A stretch of 64,000 nt of DNA from Leptolyngbyaceae cyanobacterium (GTDB taxonomy: Bacteria; Cyanobacteriota; Cyanobacteriia; Cyanobacteriales; Aerosakkonemataceae), in NCBI GenBank assembly GCA_036703985.1, contig DATNQN010000123.1, positions 62,816 through 126,815 on the forward strand. The letters are read 5' to 3'. The notes below the pieces were generated by a model. It did no database searches. It saw nothing but the letters and a program-made list of their open reading frames with translations, and was not told where the DNA came from. Shown here in pieces: positions 7,480-16,348 of this stretch (the stretch's first letter is position 1; the number at the start of each line of letters is the position of its first letter). Made by a program: the position numbers and the translations under genes.

Positions 7480-9381
7480 CTATTCAACAGTTACCGATTT
7501 CGCCAAATTACGAGGCTGATCGACATCTAAACCGCGACGGGCGGCAATGTGATAAGCTAACAATTGCAAAGGAATTACCGTCACAATTGGCGAAAGAATT
7601 TCATCTACTATCGGCACTGGCAAAATATTATTAAAAATTTCGGCTGCCTCACCTTCTTTCATCGGCGTTACGCCAATCAAACTGGAATCTCGTGCTTTAG
7701 CTTCCTGTGCGTTGGAGAGAACTTTCTCAAAGTTAACGCCTCCCGGCATAGCGATCGCAACTACTGGTACTTTAGCATCTAATAATGCGATCGGCCCGTG
7801 CTTCATTTCCCCAGCCGGATAACCCTCCGCATGAATATAGCTTATTTCCTTCAGTTTGAGCGCTCCTTCCAAAGCAATCGGATAATTAATTCCCCGCCCG
7901 ATAAAGATAAAATCTTGCGTATCGCTAAAGCCGTGAGCCAACTCTTCGATATACCGTTCCTGGCTTTCTAAAATTAACTCAATCTCCGAAGGAAGTATCC
8001 GCAAACCTTCTAAAATCTTTGACAAAGATTCGACAGGTAAAGTTTTCCGGCGATAAGCCAACTCCAGCGCCAAACAATAAAAAGCCACCAACTGCGCCAT
8101 AAAAGTTTTAGTCGCCGCTACCCCAATTTCGATTCCCGCATGAGTATCGATAATATGAGATACTAACTGACTCAAAGAACTTTCCGGGCGATTAGAAATT
8201 CCCAGTAATCGCGGTTTAAACTTTTCTGGTAAACCGATGCGGCGCTCTTTTTCCATTGCCAACGCAGCCAAAGTATCAGCCGTTTCCCCCGACTGAGTAA
8301 CGCCAATCGTTAAAGTATTGGGTATCAGTGGTGGTGGTGCATAGCGAAACTCAGAAGCATACTGTACCGTCGTGGGAATTCCCGCTAATTGTTCCAGCAA
8401 ATATTTACCAACTAAACTAGCGTGCCAACTAGTGCCACAAGCAACAATTTGAATGTGTTCTAAATCTTCTAAAAGTTGATTTGGTATGCCTAATTTAATG
8501 GGAATTGAACCGTTAGATGCTTTCCAATCACTATTTATATATGCTTCTAAACAACTCCGCACTACTCCCGGTTGCTCGTAAATTTCTTTGAGCATAAAAT
8601 GCCGGAAGCCTTGCTTCTCTACTAAAATCGGGTTCCAGTTCAGGGTGCGAGGGGTTTTTTTGAGCCTTTCCCCGGCAAAATTATAAACCTCCACACCCAG
8701 TGGCGTCAGACGTGCCATTTCTCCGTTTTCCAGAGTTAGTACGGTGCGGGTATAAGGTACTAGTGCTGGGGTATCGGAAGCACAGAAAAATTCTCCCGAA
8801 CCGAAGCCGATCGACAAAGGAGCCTGTTGTCTGGCTACAATCAATTCATCGGGATAATCCGCACAAAGTACCGCTATGGCAAATGCTCCCTCCAATCTAT
8901 TCACCGCCTGCTGCACCGCCTCTAAAAAAAGTGAGGGAGAGAGAGAAAGAGAGGAAGAAGGGGAAACAGCCAAAAATTCACCAATTAAGTGGGGAATCAC
9001 TTCCGTATCGGTATCCGAACGAAATTTATGTCCTCTAGCTTTCAGTTCTTCCCGCAATTCCCGATAGTTTTCAATAATGCCATTCTGTACCACCGCCACC
9101 CGCATCGCCGTATCCATATGGGGATGCGCGTTGTACTCTTCCGGTTTGCCGTGAGTAGCCCACCGGGTATGTCCAATCCCTATCTGGGCTGGGTTTTCAT
9201 CACCAGCTAGTTTGTCTCGCAAGTTCTGAAGTTTACCTTTAGCTCTAACACAGTGAATTTCTCCTTCTCTCACCGTGGCGACGCCAGCAGAATCATAACC
9301 GCGATATTCTAGTTTTTCTAATCCCGCCAACAAAATTTCGCTAGCTGCTTGGGTGCCGATATAGCCAACGATTCCGCACAT
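7480..9381 (-). CDS. glmS: Glutamine--fructose-6-phosphate aminotransferase (isomerising)
   Basis: MCGIVGY N-terminal Ntn-type amidotransferase motif, two SIS domains and the C-terminal ...LAKSVTVE. It carries an in-frame low-complexity insertion (SPSSSLSLSPSLF) encoded by an AG-rich simple repeat at about 8930-8980. Confidence 0.9.
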   Translation of the reverse strand: MCGIVGYIGTQAASEILLAGLEKLEYRGYDSAGVATVREGEIHCVRAKGKLQNLRDKLAGDENPAQIGIGHTRWATHGKPEEYNAHPHMDTAMRVAVVQNGIIENYRELREELKARGHKFRSDTDTEVIPHLIGEFLAVSPSSSLSLSPSLFLEAVQQAVNRLEGAFAIAVLCADYPDELIVARQQAPLSIGFGSGEFFCASDTPALVPYTRTVLTLENGEMARLTPLGVEVYNFAGERLKKTPRTLNWNPILVEKQGFRHFMLKEIYEQPGVVRSCLEAYINSDWKASNGSIPIKLGIPNQLLEDLEHIQIVACGTSWHASLVGKYLLEQLAGIPTTVQYASEFRYAPPPLIPNTLTIGVTQSGETADTLAALAMEKERRIGLPEKFKPRLLGISNRPESSLSQLVSHIIDTHAGIEIGVAATKTFMAQLVAFYCLALELAYRRKTLPVESLSKILEGLRILPSEIELILESQERYIEELAHGFSDTQDFIFIGRGINYPIALEGALKLKEISYIHAEGYPAGEMKHGPIALLDAKVPVVAIAMPGGVNFEKVLSNAQEAKARDSSLIGVTPMKEGEAAEIFNNILPVPIVDEILSPIVTVIPLQLLAYHIAARRGLDVDQPRNLAKSVTVE

Positions 9382-9654
9382 TTAGCCACCACTCCTGCTC
9401 TAATTAAAATTATTTAAGCGCTGTAAAAAAGGGATAATCCCAACCATCATAAGTATTGAGTATGAAAGTAGAAACCCTTTTTTGTGACGAAACGATTTCA
9501 TTTCTAGCCAAGAAGTCCCAACTAGATACTCAATACTGTTGTCTCAACACTATAAGACCTACTTGCTAAAACCTACTCAGCTATCCGGATAAGGTTAAGC
9601 TTGGGTAAGTTACCTTTACCCTTGTTCTATCAACTGTTGATAGCCTAATTCCGT

Positions 9655-9720
9655 ATATAGCTGCTAGGGGCTAGGGACTAGGGGCTAGGGGAAGAGAAGG
9701 GAGAGAGGGGAGAGGGGCTA
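9655..9720. repeat. GCTAGGG / GGGGAGA heptamer-type tandem array (similar arrays at 23095-23125 and 52965-53000)
   Basis: gctaggggctagggactaggggctaggggaagagaagggagagaggggagagggg, with related CTAGGGG runs at two other intergenic sites. Confidence 0.7.
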
Positions 9721-9859
9721 AGTAAATATTCCCAATGACCAATGACCAAAAAACAATGCTGAGTACCAAGCAACGAGTGGAGATAGGGCAAAAGCAGATA
9801 ATCCCCACTTAGAGCTTAGTACTCAGCAAATAACTCAGGACAGAACCAAACCCAGCTTA

Positions 9860-10165
<306 letters not shown>

Positions 10166-11077
10166 CTATAAGCACTCTCAGGATCAAAGCTTAGTTTACC
10201 GCAGGCGTTTCTGCCCCTCGTGCAAAACTCAGCAAAACTTTAAAGAACGTAATACGATGCTTGAATTTGTGGGCCACTCCCTGGCTGGGTAGGAGGCAGG
10301 AGGCTCTCAGGCAGGGCGTAAAGGGCTGGAGGAAAGATTTGTGACACTTTGTAAATTTAATTGGTCTAGAATTTTCTCTTTCCTTATTTTTTAATTGGTA
10401 GCCCATTTTACTTAAAAGACTTATCATTTTAGTTTATTTTCATTAAAAAGTGAAGCGTTTATATACGTAGACATTATTTTTATTTGCTACTGGGTTGTTT
10501 AAAAGTTTGGCAAACTAGAAGGAATTTGGTTAATAAGCTATTGACCTTTGTTGGTGGAAGAAAAACTTTTGATAGATGCGAAAGAGTAATGCTATAGCTT
10601 TACTAAAAATTTATCTAAATTTGATATTGCGATCGCATAACCTTCATATTCTTAAGGTTATGCTGCATCTAGCTTGGTTGCCCTAAAAAACAAAACGCCT
10701 CATCCTTTTAATATCTATCTTAGGGTAGATCCATCAGGTTAAACAACTGCTTTTCCTTCCAGGGTTATATCTACAGATAGACGCTCTAGGCAACAATAGC
10801 TCTTTTTTTGGATCTATCTTTAGATAGATCGGATTTTCATGCGTGCAAATCTATACTCACTTACTTGGGTATATTTTCAGAAAAAGAAATGCACCTAAGA
10901 AAGGCTAGTATGCTTCCCCATCAAGCACTTAAAAATATCATCAAGTGATGAAAATTTATTTTTTAAGGGTCGGGAACATGGTTTTTAAAACTACCGTCTA
11001 GTCGGTTATCGCATCTACCATTGTGTACTAAACGAAAGCCAAAAGCCTGTCCATAGTTTTTGCGGGAGATAAATTGT

Positions 11078-13048
11078 ATGAGTTTAAGTTCAAAAGACCT
11101 CTTCAACGAAAAGGATTATCGCAAAAAGTATAAAGATGTAGATGACGCGATTAAAAAAGGCAAAGTAAAAGATGCCAAAACACACTACGATTTGTTCGGA
11201 AAGTTTGAGGATCGCGCTCCTTGTGACTTATTCGATCCGAAGCAATACCGCGCACTAAACCCAGACGTTGATGAAGAAATTAAAAAAGGAAACGTCACCA
11301 GCGCGATCGATCACTTCTTGAAAAAAGGTGACAAAGAAGGTCGAAGCACGGGTAGTTCTTTCTTCAACGTCCAACAATATCTTTCGCTTAATGTAGATGT
11401 CAAAGTAGAGGTTTCTAGCGGCAAAATCGGTGCTTTAGAACACGCCCTCAAATATGGCTCTAATGAAGGCCGTTCTATTGCTCCTGGCTTTGATAGCAAA
11501 TCCTACGGTAAAAATAAGAAAGTCAAGGATGCGATCGCAAAAGGTGAAGCTTCTAGCCCCTTTGACTACTACGTGAAAAAAGGCTCCTCTGAAGGAGACA
11601 TCCCCAACCCCTATTTCAACAAAGACGACTATCTGAAGAATAACAAAGATGTCAAAGATGCTTTTGACAAGGGGTTAATTACCGATCTATTTAAACACTT
11701 TAGCGAATTCGGCATCAAGGAAAATCGTAAGTTCAACGATCTGATCGACCTGGATGTGTATTTCGATAAAAACAAAGATGTAGCACAAGAAGTTCAAAAA
11801 GGCAAAATCTCTGTTTTTGAACACATCACCAAATTTGGCTTCACTGAAGAACGTACATTTAGCACGAAGTTCGACTTCAAAATGTACAAGAGCATTAACT
11901 CTGAAGTGAAGATTTCCCTTGAAAAAGGCGAATTTGAAAACAGTTTTCTGCACTTCTTGGAAGTAGGAAAAGGCAAAGGCTTAGTTGCTTCTACAGAATT
12001 TGAAGGTGCTACTGACAAAGCAGGTTTGATCAAAATCGCTCTTGAAGACAGCAAGGGTGGTGGAAAAGGTGGCAAACACGTAGTAATTGCCACTGAAGAC
12101 GAAGATGCGGTAATTGAAGGTAGCAAGGAAAAAGCCAACGTCCTGATTGGTGGCGGTGGTGATTACGTCATGGTAGGCGGAAAGAGCGATGACGTAATCA
12201 TCGGTGGTGGAAAATATAACCTTGCTGTTGGTGGTGAAGGTAACGACCTGATCTACATCGGAGATGCAAAAGGTATCGCATTTGGTGGTGAGGGAGATGA
12301 TGTCATCATCGGCGGTAAGAAGGATGTCGTGATTTACGGTGGTTTGGGTAAAACAACCGTTGTCGGCGGTGAAGGTAAAGAAACTATTGTGATCGTCAAC
12401 ACGAAGAAGAGTAAGAGTACAGAAACCGATACTGACGATGACGATAATAACGATGATGACGACATGGGTAGTGATAGTGGTACTACTACCAAGAGTGGCG
12501 ACGACACCATGACAGGTGGTACTGGTACTACTGGTACGAAGACTGGTGAAGGCGACACCATGACAGGTGGTACTGGTACTACTGGTAGCGATTCTGTAAC
12601 TGGTGAAACCGACAAGATGACGGGTGGCGCGTACACTATTTACAACTTCGACGTTAAGAAAGACGTACTGCAATTAGCTGATTTCGGTTTCACCGATGGT
12701 GAAGAAGTGTTGGATGCAATCACCACCAGCGGTCAATCTACCAGTGGCAAGTTCTACTCAGTGGTTGAGTTGAGCAGCAGTATGAAGGTCACCATCTTCA
12801 GCGAAGGCGAACTAACTGAGAAGAACTTCACGATCGGTACTGGTTCGCTTCCAGGTGGAAAACTTACTTCTGCGATCGAAACAGGAGATTTGGCGTCGGT
12901 TGGCAAAGTGAAGGGTCTGCCTCCAGGAATCAAGATGCAGTTGGAAACTGGAATGCGCGATGAATTACCTCCTGGATTGGCAGGAGCAGGAGACACAGTA
13001 TTGGCGGGAACGCCAACAATGCCAGGAATGGATATGGCAGCAATGTAG
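11078..13048 (+). CDS. Large secreted repeat protein: N-terminal ~35-aa repeats (Y..LNPDV...I..G...SA.DHF...G..EGR), Gly/Asp nonapeptide repeats (Ca-binding-like), a Thr/Gly/Asp low-complexity tract and a C-terminal domain
   Basis: At least 8 copies of a 33-36 aa unit ending in ...G.(N/K)EGR(S). The nonapeptide-like repeats are GGKSDDVIIGGGKYNLAVGGEGNDLIYIGDAKGIAFGGEGDDVIIGG. A poly-D and TGGTGTTG tract follows. The likely start is MSLSSKDL at 11078, with GGAG 10 nt upstream. Confidence 0.6.
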   Translation: MSLSSKDLFNEKDYRKKYKDVDDAIKKGKVKDAKTHYDLFGKFEDRAPCDLFDPKQYRALNPDVDEEIKKGNVTSAIDHFLKKGDKEGRSTGSSFFNVQQYLSLNVDVKVEVSSGKIGALEHALKYGSNEGRSIAPGFDSKSYGKNKKVKDAIAKGEASSPFDYYVKKGSSEGDIPNPYFNKDDYLKNNKDVKDAFDKGLITDLFKHFSEFGIKENRKFNDLIDLDVYFDKNKDVAQEVQKGKISVFEHITKFGFTEERTFSTKFDFKMYKSINSEVKISLEKGEFENSFLHFLEVGKGKGLVASTEFEGATDKAGLIKIALEDSKGGGKGGKHVVIATEDEDAVIEGSKEKANVLIGGGGDYVMVGGKSDDVIIGGGKYNLAVGGEGNDLIYIGDAKGIAFGGEGDDVIIGGKKDVVIYGGLGKTTVVGGEGKETIVIVNTKKSKSTETDTDDDDNNDDDDMGSDSGTTTKSGDDTMTGGTGTTGTKTGEGDTMTGGTGTTGSDSVTGETDKMTGGAYTIYNFDVKKDVLQLADFGFTDGEEVLDAITTSGQSTSGKFYSVVELSSSMKVTIFSEGELTEKNFTIGTGSLPGGKLTSAIETGDLASVGKVKGLPPGIKMQLETGMRDELPPGLAGAGDTVLAGTPTMPGMDMAAM

Positions 13049-13234
13049 TTGGTTAGTTGTCTGAAAAGATGTTCTGACTATCAAGCCATTGATTTTGTTC
13101 TCCAGTAAGTAAGACTGTGGCGATCGCATTTCTACTCATCAGTAGTGCGATCGCCTTTTTTTTCAAAGTTAAATATTTGCAAACAGCATTCTCATTCGCT
13201 AAAAATTGAAAAGCGCAACTAAATAACCTCTCTC

Positions 13235-14413
13235 ATGCTTACCCAGATCAAAAATCTAGCCGCCAAACTCGCACCGCGTTTAATTGAAATTCGCCGTCAT
13301 ATCCACTCTCATCCTGAATTAAGCTCTCAAGAATACCAAACAGCCGCTTACGTGGCAGGTGTGTTATCATCTTGCGGTCTTCGCATTCAAGAAACTGTTG
13401 GCAAAACAGGTGTAATCGGAGAGTTACTTGGGAAAAGTAGCGATGAGGGATTGCTGGCAATTCGGACGGATATGGATGCTTTGCCAATTGAGGAACGTAC
13501 CAATTTAGAATTTGCTTCTAAACAACCTGGAGTAATGCACGCTTGCGGTCATGATGTGCATACTACCGTCGGTTTAGGCACGGCAATGGTTCTGGCTGAA
13601 ATGGGAGAAAATTTTCAAGGTAACGTCCGCTTTTTATTTCAGCCAGCCGAAGAAATTGCTCAAGGCGCTAACTGGATGATCGAGGATGGGGGGATGAATC
13701 GGGTACAAGCTATCCTTGGCGTTCATGTTTTTCCCAGTATTCCAGGAGGATCGATCGGCATTCGATATGGAGCTTTAACAGCAGCCGCCGATGATTTAGA
13801 AATTATTATTATTGGAGAATCAGGTCATGGCGCTAGACCGCACGAAGCAATCGATGCGATTTGGATCGCCGCTCAAGTAATTACTAATCTTCAACAAGCA
13901 ATTAGTCGCACTCAAAATCCTCTCCGTCCGGTGGTATTGACGATCGGTAAAATCGTGGGAGGACGAGCGCCAAACGTGATCGCCGACCAAGTAAAATTGT
14001 TAGGTACCGTGCGAAGTCTCCATCCAGAAACTCGCAAGGCTTTACCGGGTTGGATCGAACAAATAGTAGCTAATGTTTGTCAAACTTACGGTGCTACTTA
14101 TGAATTAAGTTACAGACAAGGCGTGCCGGGAGTACAAAACGATCCCGCTCTTACTCAACTTTTAGAGGCGTCCGGTAGAGAAGCTTTGGGAAGCGATCGC
14201 GTAATTGTTTTACCAGAACCTTCTCTGGGAGCCGAAGATTTTTCTCAGTATTTACAATACGCTCCCGGAGCGATGTTTCGTTTGGGTGTTGGCTTTGTAG
14301 ATAAACCAAATTATCCCCTCCATCATCCCCAATTTGAAGTAGATGAATCTGCTATCGTGACGGGAGTTGTTACTCTCGCCTATGCTGCCTACAAATATTG
14401 GCATTGTCATTAA
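13235..14413 (+). CDS. M20D family amidohydrolase (N-acyl-L-amino-acid amidohydrolase / hippurate hydrolase-like)
   Basis: Metal-binding motifs MHACGHD and the E(S)GHGARPHE region, 392 aa, typical M20D architecture. Confidence 0.8.
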   Translation: MLTQIKNLAAKLAPRLIEIRRHIHSHPELSSQEYQTAAYVAGVLSSCGLRIQETVGKTGVIGELLGKSSDEGLLAIRTDMDALPIEERTNLEFASKQPGVMHACGHDVHTTVGLGTAMVLAEMGENFQGNVRFLFQPAEEIAQGANWMIEDGGMNRVQAILGVHVFPSIPGGSIGIRYGALTAAADDLEIIIIGESGHGARPHEAIDAIWIAAQVITNLQQAISRTQNPLRPVVLTIGKIVGGRAPNVIADQVKLLGTVRSLHPETRKALPGWIEQIVANVCQTYGATYELSYRQGVPGVQNDPALTQLLEASGREALGSDRVIVLPEPSLGAEDFSQYLQYAPGAMFRLGVGFVDKPNYPLHHPQFEVDESAIVTGVVTLAYAAYKYWHCH

Positions 14414-14610
14414 TAAAGAATTCAGGAGTCAGAATTCAGAATTCAAGAAGGCTGGGAGAAAATCGCTCGAACTTTTAAAGTGAATTACAGAAATATTGAA
14501 TGATAGAAATAACTAATAAATTAAGAACCATAACTTTTGAATTCGGCATTCTAACTCCTAAATTCTGACTTGGAGAATTCTGACTACTGACTCCTAACTC
14601 CTGCCTCTTC
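14412..14610. repeat. MITE-like element built from CTGACTCCTGAATTC-type units, with terminal inverted repeats GAATTCAGGAGTCAGAATTCAGAATTC ... GAATTCTGACTACTGACTCC
   Basis: Imperfect inverted copies of the same heptamer-based unit bracket about 140 bp of AT-rich DNA immediately after the M20 gene stop. Confidence 0.4.
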
Positions 14611-14700
14611 TATTCTTTTCGCTCTTGAGAGGGATGAAGCCATACTCAGCATTGATTAAGGTACGAGTAATGTAGAAAGAAAGGAGAAATATCTGAGTTT

Positions 14701-14955
14701 ATGGCATCATCTACACCACTGATGGGTACTGATTTAATTGATTGTGCAAAAGCCAATGCCAAACAGGGGATTGAAACGGCTGCATACTTATGTGGCTATG
14801 GCAAAAACCTGGATAATTTCAAGCAAAATTTGGTACAAGCTTGTGATAATATTGGTGTACAAGTTTACGAACTGAGCGATCTGATTACCGATCAACAAAC
14901 AGTTAAAGAATCAGGAGGATTGGAAATCGCTCCTGAGACACCATCAAATCTTTAA
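14701..14955 (+). CDS. Hypothetical protein (84 aa)
   Basis: ORF with a GGAGAAA ribosome-binding site upstream. No recognisable domain. Confidence 0.35.
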   Translation: MASSTPLMGTDLIDCAKANAKQGIETAAYLCGYGKNLDNFKQNLVQACDNIGVQVYELSDLITDQQTVKESGGLEIAPETPSNL

Positions 14956-15430
14956 ATAAGGCAATTGTGAGAAGAAAATTTACAGATTCTTGGCTCTCTC
15001 TTACTTGGGATGGATAACTATTTTTTGGGCATCAAGCATCGGGTATAGAAAATGCCGAGCGAGCAAATATCGTAGCAAATGAATCGGTTTGTTGGATCGC
15101 ACTATGTAGGGGAGAGCCTGCTTTTTTTTGCTGGACTGTCTAAAGGGAGGCGGTAAATGTAAGAGCGCTGGCGTGAAATGGAAGAGATTTTGTAATTAAT
15201 TAAATTTTGATTAAGCCAAGCTGAGTTAAAATATGGGCTGAATTAAAGTTGAGCAGCATTAAATAAGCAAATGGAAACAACTGATTGGCAGAATATAATA
15301 GCAGGTGGGTTAGCGATCGCGATTATCATCGGCGCGTTTCTAATGATGTTTACCGATGCTTGGACTACCAAAAAAAAGAAATAATTTCCATTAATACGCT
15401 CTTTCCGATTGCCCATTACCATTTATTTAC

Positions 15431-15793
15431 ATGATCGATTTTCATTTTTTATCAGAGTTTTCCCGTACCCACTGCGCCGCTATTTGTGCGTTTCTAGTCC
15501 CAGCCAACTTGCTATTTACCTTATACACGATCGCGGTAACGGTACTAGGTCGCCCAAGAGTGCAAATTAATCAAGCTGCTGCACTAGCCTATATCCCAGC
15601 AGTATTGATGATACTCCACGTCTTTAGTTGGTTGGTAATTGGGGTGGTGATGGCTCCTACGTACATTCTGTTTGCGTTGGGAACGGTTTGTTTGACCATC
15701 AACAGTTGGGCGATCGCTTATCCGGCCAGTATAACCCGGCTGTTCAAGTCCGCGCTCTCAAAAGCTACAGTTGCTCTAGACTTGGTTAAATGA
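15431..15793 (+). CDS. Hypothetical integral membrane protein (about 4 TM segments)
   Basis: Hydrophobic segments AAICAFLVPANLLFTLYTIAVTVL, ALAYIPAVLMILHVFSWLVIGVVMAPTYILFALGTVCLTI. Confidence 0.4.
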   Translation: MIDFHFLSEFSRTHCAAICAFLVPANLLFTLYTIAVTVLGRPRVQINQAAALAYIPAVLMILHVFSWLVIGVVMAPTYILFALGTVCLTINSWAIAYPASITRLFKSALSKATVALDLVK

Positions 15794-16078
15794 GCTAATC
15801 AGCAATTAAGTTGCTAGTTGAGGCAAGCAGGGGAGTAGGGATAAACATCGACAAATTTTCAAACCCTTGATTTTTCCCTCTTCCCTAGCCTCTAGCCCTT
15901 AGCCCTCTATAATACCAACTTGCGATCGATATCACTCACTATGTGAATAGCCAGTCACTATACCGCTAGCAACTAATCACGGATTTGCAAATTTTTTATC
16001 ACACTTGGCTGAATTTCCCATCACTGAAGTATCTTGAGTAACGACTCATAATAATTGAGTCTTTAGGAGGTCGGTGAT

Positions 16079-16255
16079 ATGAATTATCTAATCAAAGTTA
16101 CAGGGATATTTACATTAACTATTGGGTTGCAATTTATTCACGTTCAAGCTAACTTGGCAGCCTTACAACCCCAAAACTCGATACAAATCCAAGAGTACCA
16201 ACCTCCGACAGACAGGGGTGGGCCAAATAGTAGCCAAGGTGCAGGAACGCGCTGA
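16079..16255 (+). CDS. Small secreted peptide (58 aa: predicted signal peptide ...HVQA|NLAAL, then Pro/Gln/Gly-rich mature part ending GAGTR)
   Basis: Hand translation; not in the ORF track. A strong ribosome-binding site (TAGGAGG) lies 8 nt upstream of the ATG. The N-terminal hydrophobic h-region has an AxA-type cleavage site. It sits 90 bp upstream of the GH63-like gene. Confidence 0.4.
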   Translation: MNYLIKVTGIFTLTIGLQFIHVQANLAALQPQNSIQIQEYQPPTDRGGPNSSQGAGTR

Positions 16256-16348
16256 TATCACATTATTAATTATATTTTTATGAACCTTAATAATTAAAAA
16301 TATTTTTTATTGATAACTATATAATTCAGTCACGGTAATGAGTGAAAA

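Noticed and set aside
8700-9210. Plus-strand ORFs overlapping glmS (8700..9038, 8876..9067, 8989..9210) and similar antisense ORFs within smc, MVP, WD40 genes and others
   Set aside because: Antisense to strongly supported conserved genes. Repeat-derived or low-complexity products.
12334-12636. Minus-strand ORFs inside the large repeat-protein gene (for example the 100-aa PV-rich ORF, and 11981..12673)
   Set aside because: Artefacts of the Thr/Gly/Asp-encoding simple repeats on the opposite strand.
16079-16255. Possible PatX/PatS-like heterocyst-patterning peptide (signal peptide, Pro-rich middle, Gly-rich C-terminus)
   Set aside because: The diagnostic RG(S/T)GR motif is absent: the C-terminus is GAGTR, and there is only an internal RGG. 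Kept only as a generic small secreted peptide.
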